Shown: positions 36,014-44,970 of the stretch, one piece after another
Position numbering within the stretch: the stretch's first letter is position 1
How the letters are laid out: every line of letters starts with the position of its first letter
Assembly: GCA_965278945.1 (NCBI GenBank)
Contig: OZ257128.1
Location: 600,075-664,074, forward strand
Reading direction: 5' to 3'
DNA length: 64,000 nucleotides
From: Actinomycetes bacterium
GTDB lineage: Bacteria; Actinomycetota; Actinomycetes; S36-B12
Program-made: the position numbers and the translations under genes
The notes under the pieces: model-generated
Databases searched by the model: none
The model's input: the letters and a program-made list of their open reading frames with translations, nothing else
Told to the model about the DNA's origin: nothing

Positions 36014-37159
36014 ATGGCTCTCTCCAGCGTGTCCGCCGACGACTCGGTAGACGTCGAGACGGCTTCCGCCCCGTGGTCCCCCTTGGAACTGCGCGACATC
36101 CTTGAGGCCGCGGTGGCTTACGGGGCGTCCGATGTCCACATCCGCGCGGGCTCCCCGCCCCTCGTGCGCGTCGCCGGCCAGCTCTGGCCCCTCGACGTTC
36201 CGGCATTCAGCGCCGAGGACACGGCAGCTCTCGTGCAGGCGGCGCTGCCCACGGCGCAGGACCGCGCAGCGTTTGCCGCGGACCACGAGTGCGACTTCGC
36301 GCTGAGTGCTGACGACATCGGCAGGTTCCGCGGCAACGCGTACCTGTCACGCGGCAGCGCGGCGATGGTCCTGCGGCACGTCAAGGAGAAGATCCCGACC
36401 TTCGAGGAGCTTGGCCTTCCTCAGCTGCTCAGGGATCTGGCGCTCTGCACGAGCGGCCTGGTCCTCGTCTGCGGGCCGACCGGCTCGGGCAAGACGACGA
36501 CGCTCGCCGCGATGATCGATGCGATCAACAGCGAGCGCCGATGCCACGTGCTGACCATCGAGGACCCCATCGAGTTCCTCCACCACGACAAGATGGCCGC
36601 GATCAGCCAGCGCGAGCTTCACACCGACACCCTCGACTTCGCCCGCGCGCTCCGCTCCGGCATGCGCCAGGACCCCGACGTCATCCTCATCGGCGAGATC
36701 CGCGACGTCGAGACGATGCGCACGGCGCTGCAGGCCGCGGAGACCGGTCACCTCGTGCTCGCGACGCTGCATGCGCGCACGGTCGTGGATGCGATCAATC
36801 GCGCCGTCGACGTGTTCCCGCTCGACGAGCAGCGTCAGGCGCGCACCTCGATAGCCGAGTCGCTGCAGGGCGTGCTGTGCCAGCACCTCGTGCTGTCCGC
36901 GAAGGGTCCGGGGCGTGTCGTAGTGGTAGAGGCCGCGGTGAGCACGCCTCGAGTGCGCGAGGCGATTCTCGATCCTGAGAAGACCGGAACGCTCCAGGAC
37001 ATCGTCGCCGAGGGCGAGTTCTACGGGATGAGCACGTTCGAGCAGGACGCGGTGCGCCTCGTCCTGGCTGGCGACATCACGGTCGAGGAGGCCGAGAAGG
37101 TCGTCAGTCGGGCCTCCGACCTTCACGTAGCGCTGCGTCGCGCGGGCTATCGGCGCTAG
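36014..37159 (+). CDS. pilT: PilT/PilU-family retraction ATPase
   Basis: GPTGSGKTTT, TIEDPIEF, MRQDPDVILIGE, ETGHLVLATLH. Confidence 0.88.
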   Translation: MALSSVSADDSVDVETASAPWSPLELRDILEAAVAYGASDVHIRAGSPPLVRVAGQLWPLDVPAFSAEDTAALVQAALPTAQDRAAFAADHECDFALSADDIGRFRGNAYLSRGSAAMVLRHVKEKIPTFEELGLPQLLRDLALCTSGLVLVCGPTGSGKTTTLAAMIDAINSERRCHVLTIEDPIEFLHHDKMAAISQRELHTDTLDFARALRSGMRQDPDVILIGEIRDVETMRTALQAAETGHLVLATLHARTVVDAINRAVDVFPLDEQRQARTSIAESLQGVLCQHLVLSAKGPGRVVVVEAAVSTPRVREAILDPEKTGTLQDIVAEGEFYGMSTFEQDAVRLVLAGDITVEEAEKVVSRASDLHVALRRAGYRR

Positions 37160-37167
37160 GGGATCTC

Positions 37168-38838
37168 ATGACCGCATCAGTTGCCGACGTCCTGGTCGCC
37201 GAAGGTCTCATCACCGCGGACCAGTTCGCTGCCGCGCAAACCACGGCCGGCGTTATGGGAACGCCGGTGCTCACCGTGCTGGTCCAGCAGGGCGCTATCG
37301 GCAAGAAGGATGTCGTGCGGTGCACCGTCGAGGCGGCGGGTCTGCAGTTCGTCGAGGTGATGGACGTCGTCATCGACCCACAGGCAGCGCGTCTGCTCAC
37401 CGGTGACCAGGCGCGCAAGTACGAGGTGATCCCGTTCGCGTTCAAGCATGACGTCGTCGTCGTGGTGGCCGATCCGCAGACCGCGATGGACTGGCAGGCG
37501 CGCGACGACCTGCAGGCCATCACTCGTCATCCCGTGCGGTTCGCCTGCGGCATGAAGTCAGAGATCCAGGCGCGGATCAACATGGTCTATCGCGCCGAGG
37601 CCGAGCTCGGCGAGCTCGTGCGTGACATGCTCGACGACGATCCGGCGATCGACATCCTCGCCCCTGTCGCATCGACGACCGATGCGCCGCTCGTGCGCTA
37701 CGTCAACCTCCTGCTCAAGCAGGCGATCTCCGACAACGCATCCGACATCCACGTCGAGCCGAGCGAGAACAACATCCGCATCCGGTTCCGCATCGACGGC
37801 GTGCTCAAGGAGATGGCTCCAGCGCCGAAGGAGATCCAGTCCGCGGTCATCTCGCGCCTGAAGATCATGAGCGACATGGACATCGCCGAGCGGCGCATCC
37901 CGCAGGACGGCCGGCTCAGCATCGTGTCGGCCGGTCGCAAGATCGACCTTCGCGTGAGCTGCCTGCCAACGGTGTGGGGCGAGAAGATCGTCATGCGAAT
38001 CCTCGACAACACGGCCGCGACGATGGCGCTTCCTGACCTCGGCTTCTCACCGCAGAACCTCGTGAAATGGCGTGATGCCTACGAGCGGCCGTACGGGATG
38101 CTGATCGTCAGCGGCCCGACGGGATCGGGCAAGTCGACGTCGCTGTACGCGACGCTCAACGCGGTGGCCAGGCCCGAGGTCAACATCGTGACCGTCGAGG
38201 ACCCGGTCGAGTACCGCATCCCGGGCATCAACCAGGTGCAGACGCACGCGAAGGCCGGCCTGACGTTCGCTGCCGCGCTGCGCTCCATCCTTCGCGCCGA
38301 CCCCGACATCATTCTCATCGGCGAGATCCGCGACCACGAGACCGCGCAGATCGCGATCGAGTCGGCTCTCACAGGTCACCTCGTGCTCACGACACTCCAC
38401 ACGAATGACGCGCCGAGCGTCATCACCCGTCTCACGGAGATGGGCATCGAGCCCTTCCTCGTCGGCTCTGCTCTCGCATGCGCGACCGGGCAGCGCCTGG
38501 CCCGTCGTCTGTGCCTGATCTGCCGGCGTCAGGTGGAGAAGTCGGCCGAGGAGCTCAACGCCGTCGACTTCGAGCGGCCGCCGGGGATGACGCCGACGTT
38601 CTTTGAACCGGTCGGCTGCTCCAGTTGCGCGGGCACCGGATACCGCGGCCGCCTTGCCATGCACGAGGTCATGCCGATGAACGAGGAGCTGTCAAAGCTC
38701 GCGGTGCGCAACGCGTCGTCCGACGACGTGCGCCGCGAGGCGGTTGCCCAGGGCATGCGAACCCTTCGACAGGACGGCTGGCTGAAGGTCTCGCAGGGAC
38801 TGACCACGATCGCGGAGGTGCTGCGTGTCGTCGCCTAG
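37168..38838 (+). CDS. pilB: PilB/GspE extension ATPase
   Basis: ASDIHVEP, RIPQDGR, GPTGSGKS, tetracysteine CLIC..CSSC, GYRGR. Confidence 0.93.
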   Translation: MTASVADVLVAEGLITADQFAAAQTTAGVMGTPVLTVLVQQGAIGKKDVVRCTVEAAGLQFVEVMDVVIDPQAARLLTGDQARKYEVIPFAFKHDVVVVVADPQTAMDWQARDDLQAITRHPVRFACGMKSEIQARINMVYRAEAELGELVRDMLDDDPAIDILAPVASTTDAPLVRYVNLLLKQAISDNASDIHVEPSENNIRIRFRIDGVLKEMAPAPKEIQSAVISRLKIMSDMDIAERRIPQDGRLSIVSAGRKIDLRVSCLPTVWGEKIVMRILDNTAATMALPDLGFSPQNLVKWRDAYERPYGMLIVSGPTGSGKSTSLYATLNAVARPEVNIVTVEDPVEYRIPGINQVQTHAKAGLTFAAALRSILRADPDIILIGEIRDHETAQIAIESALTGHLVLTTLHTNDAPSVITRLTEMGIEPFLVGSALACATGQRLARRLCLICRRQVEKSAEELNAVDFERPPGMTPTFFEPVGCSSCAGTGYRGRLAMHEVMPMNEELSKLAVRNASSDDVRREAVAQGMRTLRQDGWLKVSQGLTTIAEVLRVVA

Positions 38839-40081
38839 TGGGTTCTCGCTGCCGCTGATGCCGCCCGATGGCGCATCGCTGTCCCCGATGCTCGCGGAGG
38901 TGCCCAGGCTTCCCGTCGAGCTCCATCCGGTTGCGCCCCCTGCTGCGGACGAGGAGGGGATCGTCAGCGTCCTTCGCTCAGCCTTGGACGGACACGACCC
39001 GGACATCGCGATCGACGAGGTGCTGCTCTACCTGCTCGAGCGCGGGGGATCGGACCTCCATCTCAGCGTGAATGCGCCGCCCATGATCCGCGTGCACGGC
39101 GATCTCGAGCCGGTGCCCGGCTACTCCGCACTGACACCGAACCAGCTGCAGCAGACCGTGTATGCGCTCCTCACCGACCGGCAGAAGCAGCGCTTCGAGG
39201 AGACGAAGGAACTCGACTTCGCGTACGCGCTGCCCGGTGCCGCGCGCTTCCGCGTGAACCTGTTCCAGCAGCAGGGTTCGGTCGGCGCGGTGCTTCGCTC
39301 GATTCCGTGGGAGATCCTGCCCCTGGAGGCGCTGCGCCTTCCTCCGGCACTCGGTGACTTCGCCGCGCTCCCGCGCGGTCTCGTGCTCGTCACCGGCCCG
39401 ACCGGCTCGGGCAAGTCGACGACGCTGGCCGCAATCATTGACCGGGCAAACCGCACGAGGCAGGGTCACATCGTCACGATCGAGGACCCGATCGAGTTCG
39501 TGCACCAGCACCGCCTGTGCGTCGTCAACCAGCGCGAGGTCGGCACGGACACGCTGTCCTTCGCGAACGCGCTCAAGCATGCGTTGCGCCAGGACCCCGA
39601 CATCGTCCTCGTCGGCGAGATGCGCGATCTCGAGACGATCTCCACCGCCCTCACGGCGGCCGAGACCGGACACCTCGTCTTTGGCACGTTGCACACGAGT
39701 TCGTCCGCGACAACGATTGACCGAATAGTCGACGTGTTCCCGCCCGAGCAACAGGCGCAGATCCGCACGCAGCTCGCCGCATCCGTACAGGCGATCGTCT
39801 GTCAGACGCTCTGCAAGACGACCGACGGTTCTGGGCGAGTCGCCGCGACCGAGGTGCTGATCGCGACACCCGCAGTACGGAACCTGATCCGCGAGGGGAA
39901 GTTGCAGTCGATCCCGTCAGCGCTGCAGACCGGTTCGCGATTCGGCATGCATACGCTCAACCAGAATCTCGCCGAGCTCGTCAAGGCCGGGACGATCGAG
40001 TACGGCACGGCCGTCGAGAAGTGCTCAGACCTGTCCGAGCTTCAGCAACTGCTGGGAGTCAGCCCCGATGCCGCAGAATGA
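38825..40081 (+). CDS. pilT: PilT retraction ATPase
   Basis: GSDLHL, GPTGSGKSTT, ALRQDPDIVLVGEMRD, GTLHTSS; start uncertain (ATG 38858 possible). Confidence 0.92.
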   Translation: MSSPSGFSLPLMPPDGASLSPMLAEVPRLPVELHPVAPPAADEEGIVSVLRSALDGHDPDIAIDEVLLYLLERGGSDLHLSVNAPPMIRVHGDLEPVPGYSALTPNQLQQTVYALLTDRQKQRFEETKELDFAYALPGAARFRVNLFQQQGSVGAVLRSIPWEILPLEALRLPPALGDFAALPRGLVLVTGPTGSGKSTTLAAIIDRANRTRQGHIVTIEDPIEFVHQHRLCVVNQREVGTDTLSFANALKHALRQDPDIVLVGEMRDLETISTALTAAETGHLVFGTLHTSSSATTIDRIVDVFPPEQQAQIRTQLAASVQAIVCQTLCKTTDGSGRVAATEVLIATPAVRNLIREGKLQSIPSALQTGSRFGMHTLNQNLAELVKAGTIEYGTAVEKCSDLSELQQLLGVSPDAAE

Positions 40082-41285
40082 CTACCTCGTCAAGGCACGC
40101 TCGCGGTCCGGCCGGCTGGTCGAGTCGAAGATGCGCGCGCTCAGCGAGGCCGATGCCCTGACGCGCGTTCGTCAGCAGGGAATGACGCCGATCGCGGTCG
40201 AGCCCGCGAACACCGGGCTGAAGAAGGAGATCACGTTCGGCAAGGGACGCGTCAAGTCCAAGGATCTCGCCATCTTCTCCCGGCAGTTCGCGACGATGCT
40301 GTCGTCGGGTTTGCCGATCCTGCGATGCCTGTCGATCCTGTCGGACCAGACGCAGAGCACGCGGTTGCGTGACGTCCTCCTGGAGGTGCGTGACGAGGTC
40401 GAGAAGGGCGATGCCCTCTCGGAGGCGTTCGCGAAGCACAAGGAGTTTCCCTCCTTGTTCGTGAGCATGGTGCGCGCCGGCGAGATCGGTGGCTTCCTGG
40501 ACTCAACGATGATCCAGATCGCCGACTCGCTCGAGGCCGATGTCCGGCTGCGCGGCAAGATCAAGAGCGCACTGACCTATCCGATCGCCGTCGGCGTGAT
40601 CGCGGTCATCATCGTCACGGGCATGCTCATCTTCGTCGTGCCGGTGTTCTCTGAGCTTTTCGCCTCGTTCGGCGGCCAATTGCCCTTGCCCACGCAGATC
40701 CTTGTCGCGTTCTCGAATCTGGTGAAGAACCCGCTGTTCTTCGTCCCGGTTCTCACGCTGATCATCGGTGGTTCCATCTGGTACCGCAGGAAGAAGGACA
40801 CCCTCGCGGTACGCCAGGTGGTCGATCCGCTCAAGTTCCGCCTTCCGGTGTTCGGCAAGCTGTTCCAGAAGGTCGCGCTCGCGCGATTCACGCGGAACTT
40901 CTCGACGCTCATGCATGCCGGCGTGCCCATCCTCAGCGCTCTTGACATCGTTGGCGAGACTGCGGGCAACGTTGTGATCTCGCGCGCCGTTGTAGCGGTG
41001 AAGGAGAGCGTGCGCCAGGGCACGGGAATCGCGAAGCCGCTGTCGGAGCATCCGGTGTTCCCCGAGATGGTCGTGCAGATGATCGCCGTTGGCGAGGACA
41101 CGGGCGCGCTCGACTCCATGCTCGAGAAGATTGCCGACTTCTACGATCAGGAGGTCGAAGCGACGACCGAGCAGCTCATGGCGCTCATCGAGCCGATCAT
41201 GATCATGGTGCTTGGCGTGCTCGTCGGCGGCATGATCATCGCCCTGTACCTGCCGATCTTCAAGATCTTCGAACTGGTCAAGTAG
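40068..41285 (+). CDS. pilC: PilC/GspF platform protein
   Basis: FSRQFATM, GEIGG.L, KIKSALTYP, GEDTGALD, IEPIM..LYLPIF. Confidence 0.93.
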   Translation: MPQNDYLVKARSRSGRLVESKMRALSEADALTRVRQQGMTPIAVEPANTGLKKEITFGKGRVKSKDLAIFSRQFATMLSSGLPILRCLSILSDQTQSTRLRDVLLEVRDEVEKGDALSEAFAKHKEFPSLFVSMVRAGEIGGFLDSTMIQIADSLEADVRLRGKIKSALTYPIAVGVIAVIIVTGMLIFVVPVFSELFASFGGQLPLPTQILVAFSNLVKNPLFFVPVLTLIIGGSIWYRRKKDTLAVRQVVDPLKFRLPVFGKLFQKVALARFTRNFSTLMHAGVPILSALDIVGETAGNVVISRAVVAVKESVRQGTGIAKPLSEHPVFPEMVVQMIAVGEDTGALDSMLEKIADFYDQEVEATTEQLMALIEPIMIMVLGVLVGGMIIALYLPIFKIFELVK

Positions 41286-41310
41286 ACGCAGCACGCACCC
41301 ACAACCTCCA

Positions 41311-41343
41311 CGCGAGTGGGCAGTTGGTGTCGTGAAAACAACC
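41311..41343. repeat. REP-like hairpin family A, left arm (interrupted)
   Basis: 33 bp, exact reverse complement of 42605-42637. Confidence 0.9.
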
Positions 41344-42604
41344 CTTGGGTTCAAGGGATCGATGCAACACCTGAGGTGAAGAGGTGTTGTGATGCTTGGT
41401 CCTCCGGGGTTGCCGCCAGCGGTGCGGCTCGGGTTTTGGCAGTGGGTGCGGTCGGGGTTGTCGGTCGCGGAGGCGGCTGCTGCGGCGGGCGTGTCCGAGC
41501 GCACGGGTGCGGGGTGGTTCGGTGAGGCTGGCGGAGTGATGCCTTCATCGGTGACGCCCGGCAAGGTCGGGCCTCGGTTGACGTTCGATCAGCGTGAGGA
41601 GATCGCGGTCCTGCGTGGGTCGGGGGCGTCGAACGCGGAGATCGCGCGGGCGGTGGGCTGTCACCGGTCCACGATCGGGCGTGAGCTGGCGATGAACTCC
41701 ACGTTCTTCGCCGACCGGCACCTGCCTAGGTATCGGGCGTCGATGGCGCAGAAGCGCTCCGACTGGCGGGCTCGCCGGCCGAAGGCGTCCGCGCTCAAGG
41801 CCAACGACCGGCTGCGGCAGGTGGTGCAAGATCACTTGGAGGACGAACTCAGCCCGGAGCAGATCTCAGGTCGGCTGAGGATCGATTTCCCTGATGATCC
41901 GGAGATGCGCGTGAGTCACGAGGCGATCTACCAGGCGTTGTTCGTCCAGGGCCGCGGCGCGTTGCGCCGTGACCTGCACCAACGGCTGCGCACGGGCCGG
42001 GCGATCCGCAAGACCCGGAGGACCGCAGGTGAGCGCCGTGGCCGGATCCCGGGGATGGTCTCCATCACCGAGCGCCCGCCCGAGGTCGCCGACCGTGCTG
42101 TTCCTGGCCATTGGGAGGGCGACCTGATCGTGGGGAAGAACTCCGGCTCGGCGATCGGGACCTTGGTCGAGCGGGCAACCGGGTTCTGCCTGCTGCTGCA
42201 CCTTCCCGGCAACCACGGCGCGGACGCGGTAGCCGACGCGATGATCACCGCGATGAGCCAGCTGCCGGCGACCTTGCGACGCACGCTGACCTGGGACCAG
42301 GGATCGGAGATGGCCAACCACGTCCAGATCGCCGCAGCCACGGACCTGGACATCTACTTCTGCGATCCCCACTCACCATGGCAGCGCGGATCCAACGAGA
42401 ACACCAACGGCCTGCTGCGTCAGTACTTCGCCAAAGGCTCCGACCTGTCGGTCTATGCCCCGGACTATCTCGAGCACGTCAGCCGAAAACTGAACAACCG
42501 GCCACGCAAACGCCACGGCTTCAAGACACCAGCCGAAATGCTCGACCACCTACTGTCAGAACCGGTCAATCCAACCGATGTTGCATCCACCGCTTGAATC
42601 CACC
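41344..42604 (+). mobile_element. IS30-family insertion sequence (type 2, copy 2)
   Basis: Near-identical to 24956-26216; one difference seen (A25181 vs G41569, R/G in the protein). Confidence 0.9.
41389..42597 (+). CDS. IS30-family transposase
   Basis: Same protein as 25001-26209 apart from one residue. Confidence 0.95.
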   Translation: MMLGPPGLPPAVRLGFWQWVRSGLSVAEAAAAAGVSERTGAGWFGEAGGVMPSSVTPGKVGPRLTFDQREEIAVLRGSGASNAEIARAVGCHRSTIGRELAMNSTFFADRHLPRYRASMAQKRSDWRARRPKASALKANDRLRQVVQDHLEDELSPEQISGRLRIDFPDDPEMRVSHEAIYQALFVQGRGALRRDLHQRLRTGRAIRKTRRTAGERRGRIPGMVSITERPPEVADRAVPGHWEGDLIVGKNSGSAIGTLVERATGFCLLLHLPGNHGADAVADAMITAMSQLPATLRRTLTWDQGSEMANHVQIAAATDLDIYFCDPHSPWQRGSNENTNGLLRQYFAKGSDLSVYAPDYLEHVSRKLNNRPRKRHGFKTPAEMLDHLLSEPVNPTDVASTA

Positions 42605-42637
42605 GGTTGTTTTCACGACACCAACTGCCCACTCGCG
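42605..42637. repeat. REP-like hairpin family A, right arm
   Basis: ggttgttttcacgacaccaactgcccactcgcg. Confidence 0.9.
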
Positions 42638-42780
42638 GTGTGTGGACTGGGCCGCCTGGCTTATCCCGGAGGAAACGTTGCGAATTCGGTACATCCGGGA
42701 CTGATCGGGCCGAAACCCCATATGTCACACCACGGTGGTGCGACACCCCCAGACGAGGGACAGCAGATCAGGAGAAGCAG

Positions 42781-43212
42781 ATGCTCACTCGCATCATGAA
42801 GCCGCGGGAGGATGGCGACAAGGGTTTCACCCTCATCGAGCTCCTCGTCGTGGTCGCAATCATCGGCATTCTTGCCGCCATCGCCATTCCCGTATTCCTG
42901 AGCCAGCGCAACAGCGCACGAGATGCCTCGGTCAAGTCCGACATCAACGGCATCGCCAAGGTCATGGAGACGCTGTACGTCGAGACCAATGCGTACCCGA
43001 CGACCACAATCCTGCTCGACGAAGGCAACCCCCAGGTGTCGCCAGGAAACCAGATCACCGTCACGGTGACCGGCGGCGGAACCGGCTACACGATCGCAGG
43101 CTGCAACCAGGACGCCGATGTCATGTACACGTATGACTCGACTGCTGGTGGACTCGACCCAACTGGCGTTGCAACCGCGACGTGCACCGCGCCTGGATAC
43201 TCGGTCGCATAG
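42781..43212 (+). CDS. pilA: Major type IVa pilin
   Basis: DKG|FTLIELLVVVAIIGILAAIAIP, C-terminal Cys pair, AGGAG RBS, own terminator. Confidence 0.9.
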   Translation: MLTRIMKPREDGDKGFTLIELLVVVAIIGILAAIAIPVFLSQRNSARDASVKSDINGIAKVMETLYVETNAYPTTTILLDEGNPQVSPGNQITVTVTGGGTGYTIAGCNQDADVMYTYDSTAGGLDPTGVATATCTAPGYSVA

Positions 43213-43242
43213 CGACATGTGAATCCAATAGGACCCAAGAAG

Positions 43243-43278
43243 CGATGAGGCCGCAGTCACCAGACTGCGGCCTCATCG
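43243..43278 (+). terminator. Stem-loop downstream of pilA
   Basis: Perfect 16-bp stem cgatgaggccgcagtc / gactgcggcctcatcg with a 4-nt loop. Confidence 0.8.
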
Positions 43279-43343
43279 TCTTCGTAACGCGGAGTTCACA
43301 CAGCACGACGCTTTAGTTCACATGGCTTCATGGATAGGCCACG

Positions 43344-43394
43344 CATATCCGCAAGATCAGCCAGACATATCCCGAAGATCAGCCAGAGATATCC
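43344..43394. promoter_or_regulatory. 22-bp tandem direct repeat (2.3 copies) upstream of the sigma-factor operon
   Basis: catatccgcaagatcagccaga / catatcccgaagatcagccaga / gatatcc. Confidence 0.55.
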
Positions 43395-43468
43395 AAACGT
43401 GTCCAACTCGCAACGTCATTGTTTGCTTCGCGCGGTTCGACACTCATAAACAGGGGAACGGGGGAGTA

Positions 43469-43846
43469 ATGGCAGTCGAAGAACACGCAGGTCTTCATCG
43501 GCAGTTCGACGTCGGCCTCCGTTTCGCACCGACGCGTGCCTGCGCAGCGATGGCTGCGCGATCGGTTGCTGCCGTTCTCGAGATGCACCCGTTGGTGACC
43601 GTTCGCCTCGTCGAGCTGTCGTCCGAGGGTTCGCGGGTCCACTTCACTCTGGCTGTGTGCCTGGGTTCGATCGAATCGGTCAAGGCGTCCGCCCCTGAAT
43701 CACGGGAAGCGATCGCGCTCCTGCAGAAGCTCGTGGACGGGTTCGCGTCGTACGATCCCGCCTTCGTCCAACTGCCGGTTGATCGAGATGGCCGTCGCTC
43801 GTCGATGGTCGATGCTGACATGCGCAACCTCGCGACGGCGGTGTAG
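43469..43846 (+). CDS. Hypothetical protein
   Basis: GGGGAG RBS before ATG 43469; 2 nt from the next gene. Confidence 0.6.
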   Translation: MAVEEHAGLHRQFDVGLRFAPTRACAAMAARSVAAVLEMHPLVTVRLVELSSEGSRVHFTLAVCLGSIESVKASAPESREAIALLQKLVDGFASYDPAFVQLPVDRDGRRSSMVDADMRNLATAV

Positions 43847-43848
43847 TC

Positions 43849-44970
43849 ATGGACGCTGTCGCGAGCCGCCCCGACGAATGGGTGATCGCCAGCACTCATC
43901 GGATCGGCCACCGACTCCCGAACCTGGTCGTGCGCGGACTCGATGAGCGCGAGATCTTCGACTTCGCCCCGACTCTCGTCTGCGATCGCGTCCACTGGGA
44001 CACGGTCGACGAGTTCGACGCCCGGACTGTGCTTCCGGCACTCGGGCCTGACGCGTACACGCGGCAGTGGAGCGATGGCCAGCATCGGGTGTGGGTTCCC
44101 GCGGGCACCGGGCATGAGGCACGCGAAACGATCCGCGCGTGGTGCGCCGACCACGACATCGAGCCCGTGAACTTGCGCGTCGAGTCGAAGGTTGTCTTCC
44201 GCGACGTCGACCTGATTCCAGAGGGCCTGCTTCCCGAACTGGTTGCCGCGACCGTCGACTGGCTGTATCCGCGCAGCTATGCGATCCGCCGCAAGATCGT
44301 CGCCGACCTGGAGCTCGTCGAGGACGAGGACGTGCGTTCGATGATGTTCCTGTTCATCTACGACCACGTCGACCGCTTCGACTCCGGCCGGCAGGGCGCG
44401 AACGGAACGCTGAACTTCACCGCATTCATGATGGGCAAGCTGCGCACGTGGCCCCAGGACGCAGCGCGCACAGCGTATGGTCGCGCGATCGTGAGCGACC
44501 GCGTCGCCGTCAGTCGCGCCGCGGAGTCCATCGCCATCAACGAGATGCGATCGTCCACCGAGATCGATCGCGCGAACGCACTCGGCACCTCGGTCACGGA
44601 TCTGCGTCGACGCGAGGCCGCGATCGCGACGTTGTCGAGTCTGCGCAACCACCAGTCGCTTGCCGTTGGCAGCCACGGTTCCGATGACATGGACACGGTG
44701 GAGGTGTCGAGCGACGTCGACGTCGAGGCCGACGCCACCAGCTATGACCACTGCGCAGCGATCACGCGGGCGGTGATGGCCGCGGTGAACGACCCGTCGG
44801 GCCGCGGTCGGCGCGCGCAGGATCCCCTCGCACTCGCTGCTGTCTACCTGTCGTTCTGGGAGGGTCTCTCACGCCCGCAGGTCGCCCGAGAACTCGAAGT
44901 GCTGCCGAAGACCGCGAATGCGGCGGTGAACCGCGTGCTCGAGCAGGTGAAGGCGGCGGATCTGCTGTGA
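43849..44970 (+). CDS. Divergent group-3 (FliA/WhiG/SigB-like) sigma factor with N-terminal extension
   Basis: EDEDVRSM..VDRFDSGR..F.AF (region 2), RSSTEIDRANALGTS (region 3), LSFWEGLSRPQVARELEV (region 4 HTH). Confidence 0.65.
   Translation: MDAVASRPDEWVIASTHRIGHRLPNLVVRGLDEREIFDFAPTLVCDRVHWDTVDEFDARTVLPALGPDAYTRQWSDGQHRVWVPAGTGHEARETIRAWCADHDIEPVNLRVESKVVFRDVDLIPEGLLPELVAATVDWLYPRSYAIRRKIVADLELVEDEDVRSMMFLFIYDHVDRFDSGRQGANGTLNFTAFMMGKLRTWPQDAARTAYGRAIVSDRVAVSRAAESIAINEMRSSTEIDRANALGTSVTDLRRREAAIATLSSLRNHQSLAVGSHGSDDMDTVEVSSDVDVEADATSYDHCAAITRAVMAAVNDPSGRGRRAQDPLALAAVYLSFWEGLSRPQVARELEVLPKTANAAVNRVLEQVKAADLL

Noticed and set aside
41344-42604. ACC as target-site duplication of this IS copy
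   Set aside because: The terminal ACC is also present in the 24956-26216 copy, so it appears to belong to the element
12462-42637. Recurrent palindromes as a CRISPR array
   Set aside because: Copies are kilobases apart, lack regular spacers, and no cas genes are present
42638-42780. Possible c-di-GMP riboswitch upstream of pilA
   Set aside because: No GEMM-type consensus could be recognised by eye; an Rfam scan would settle it
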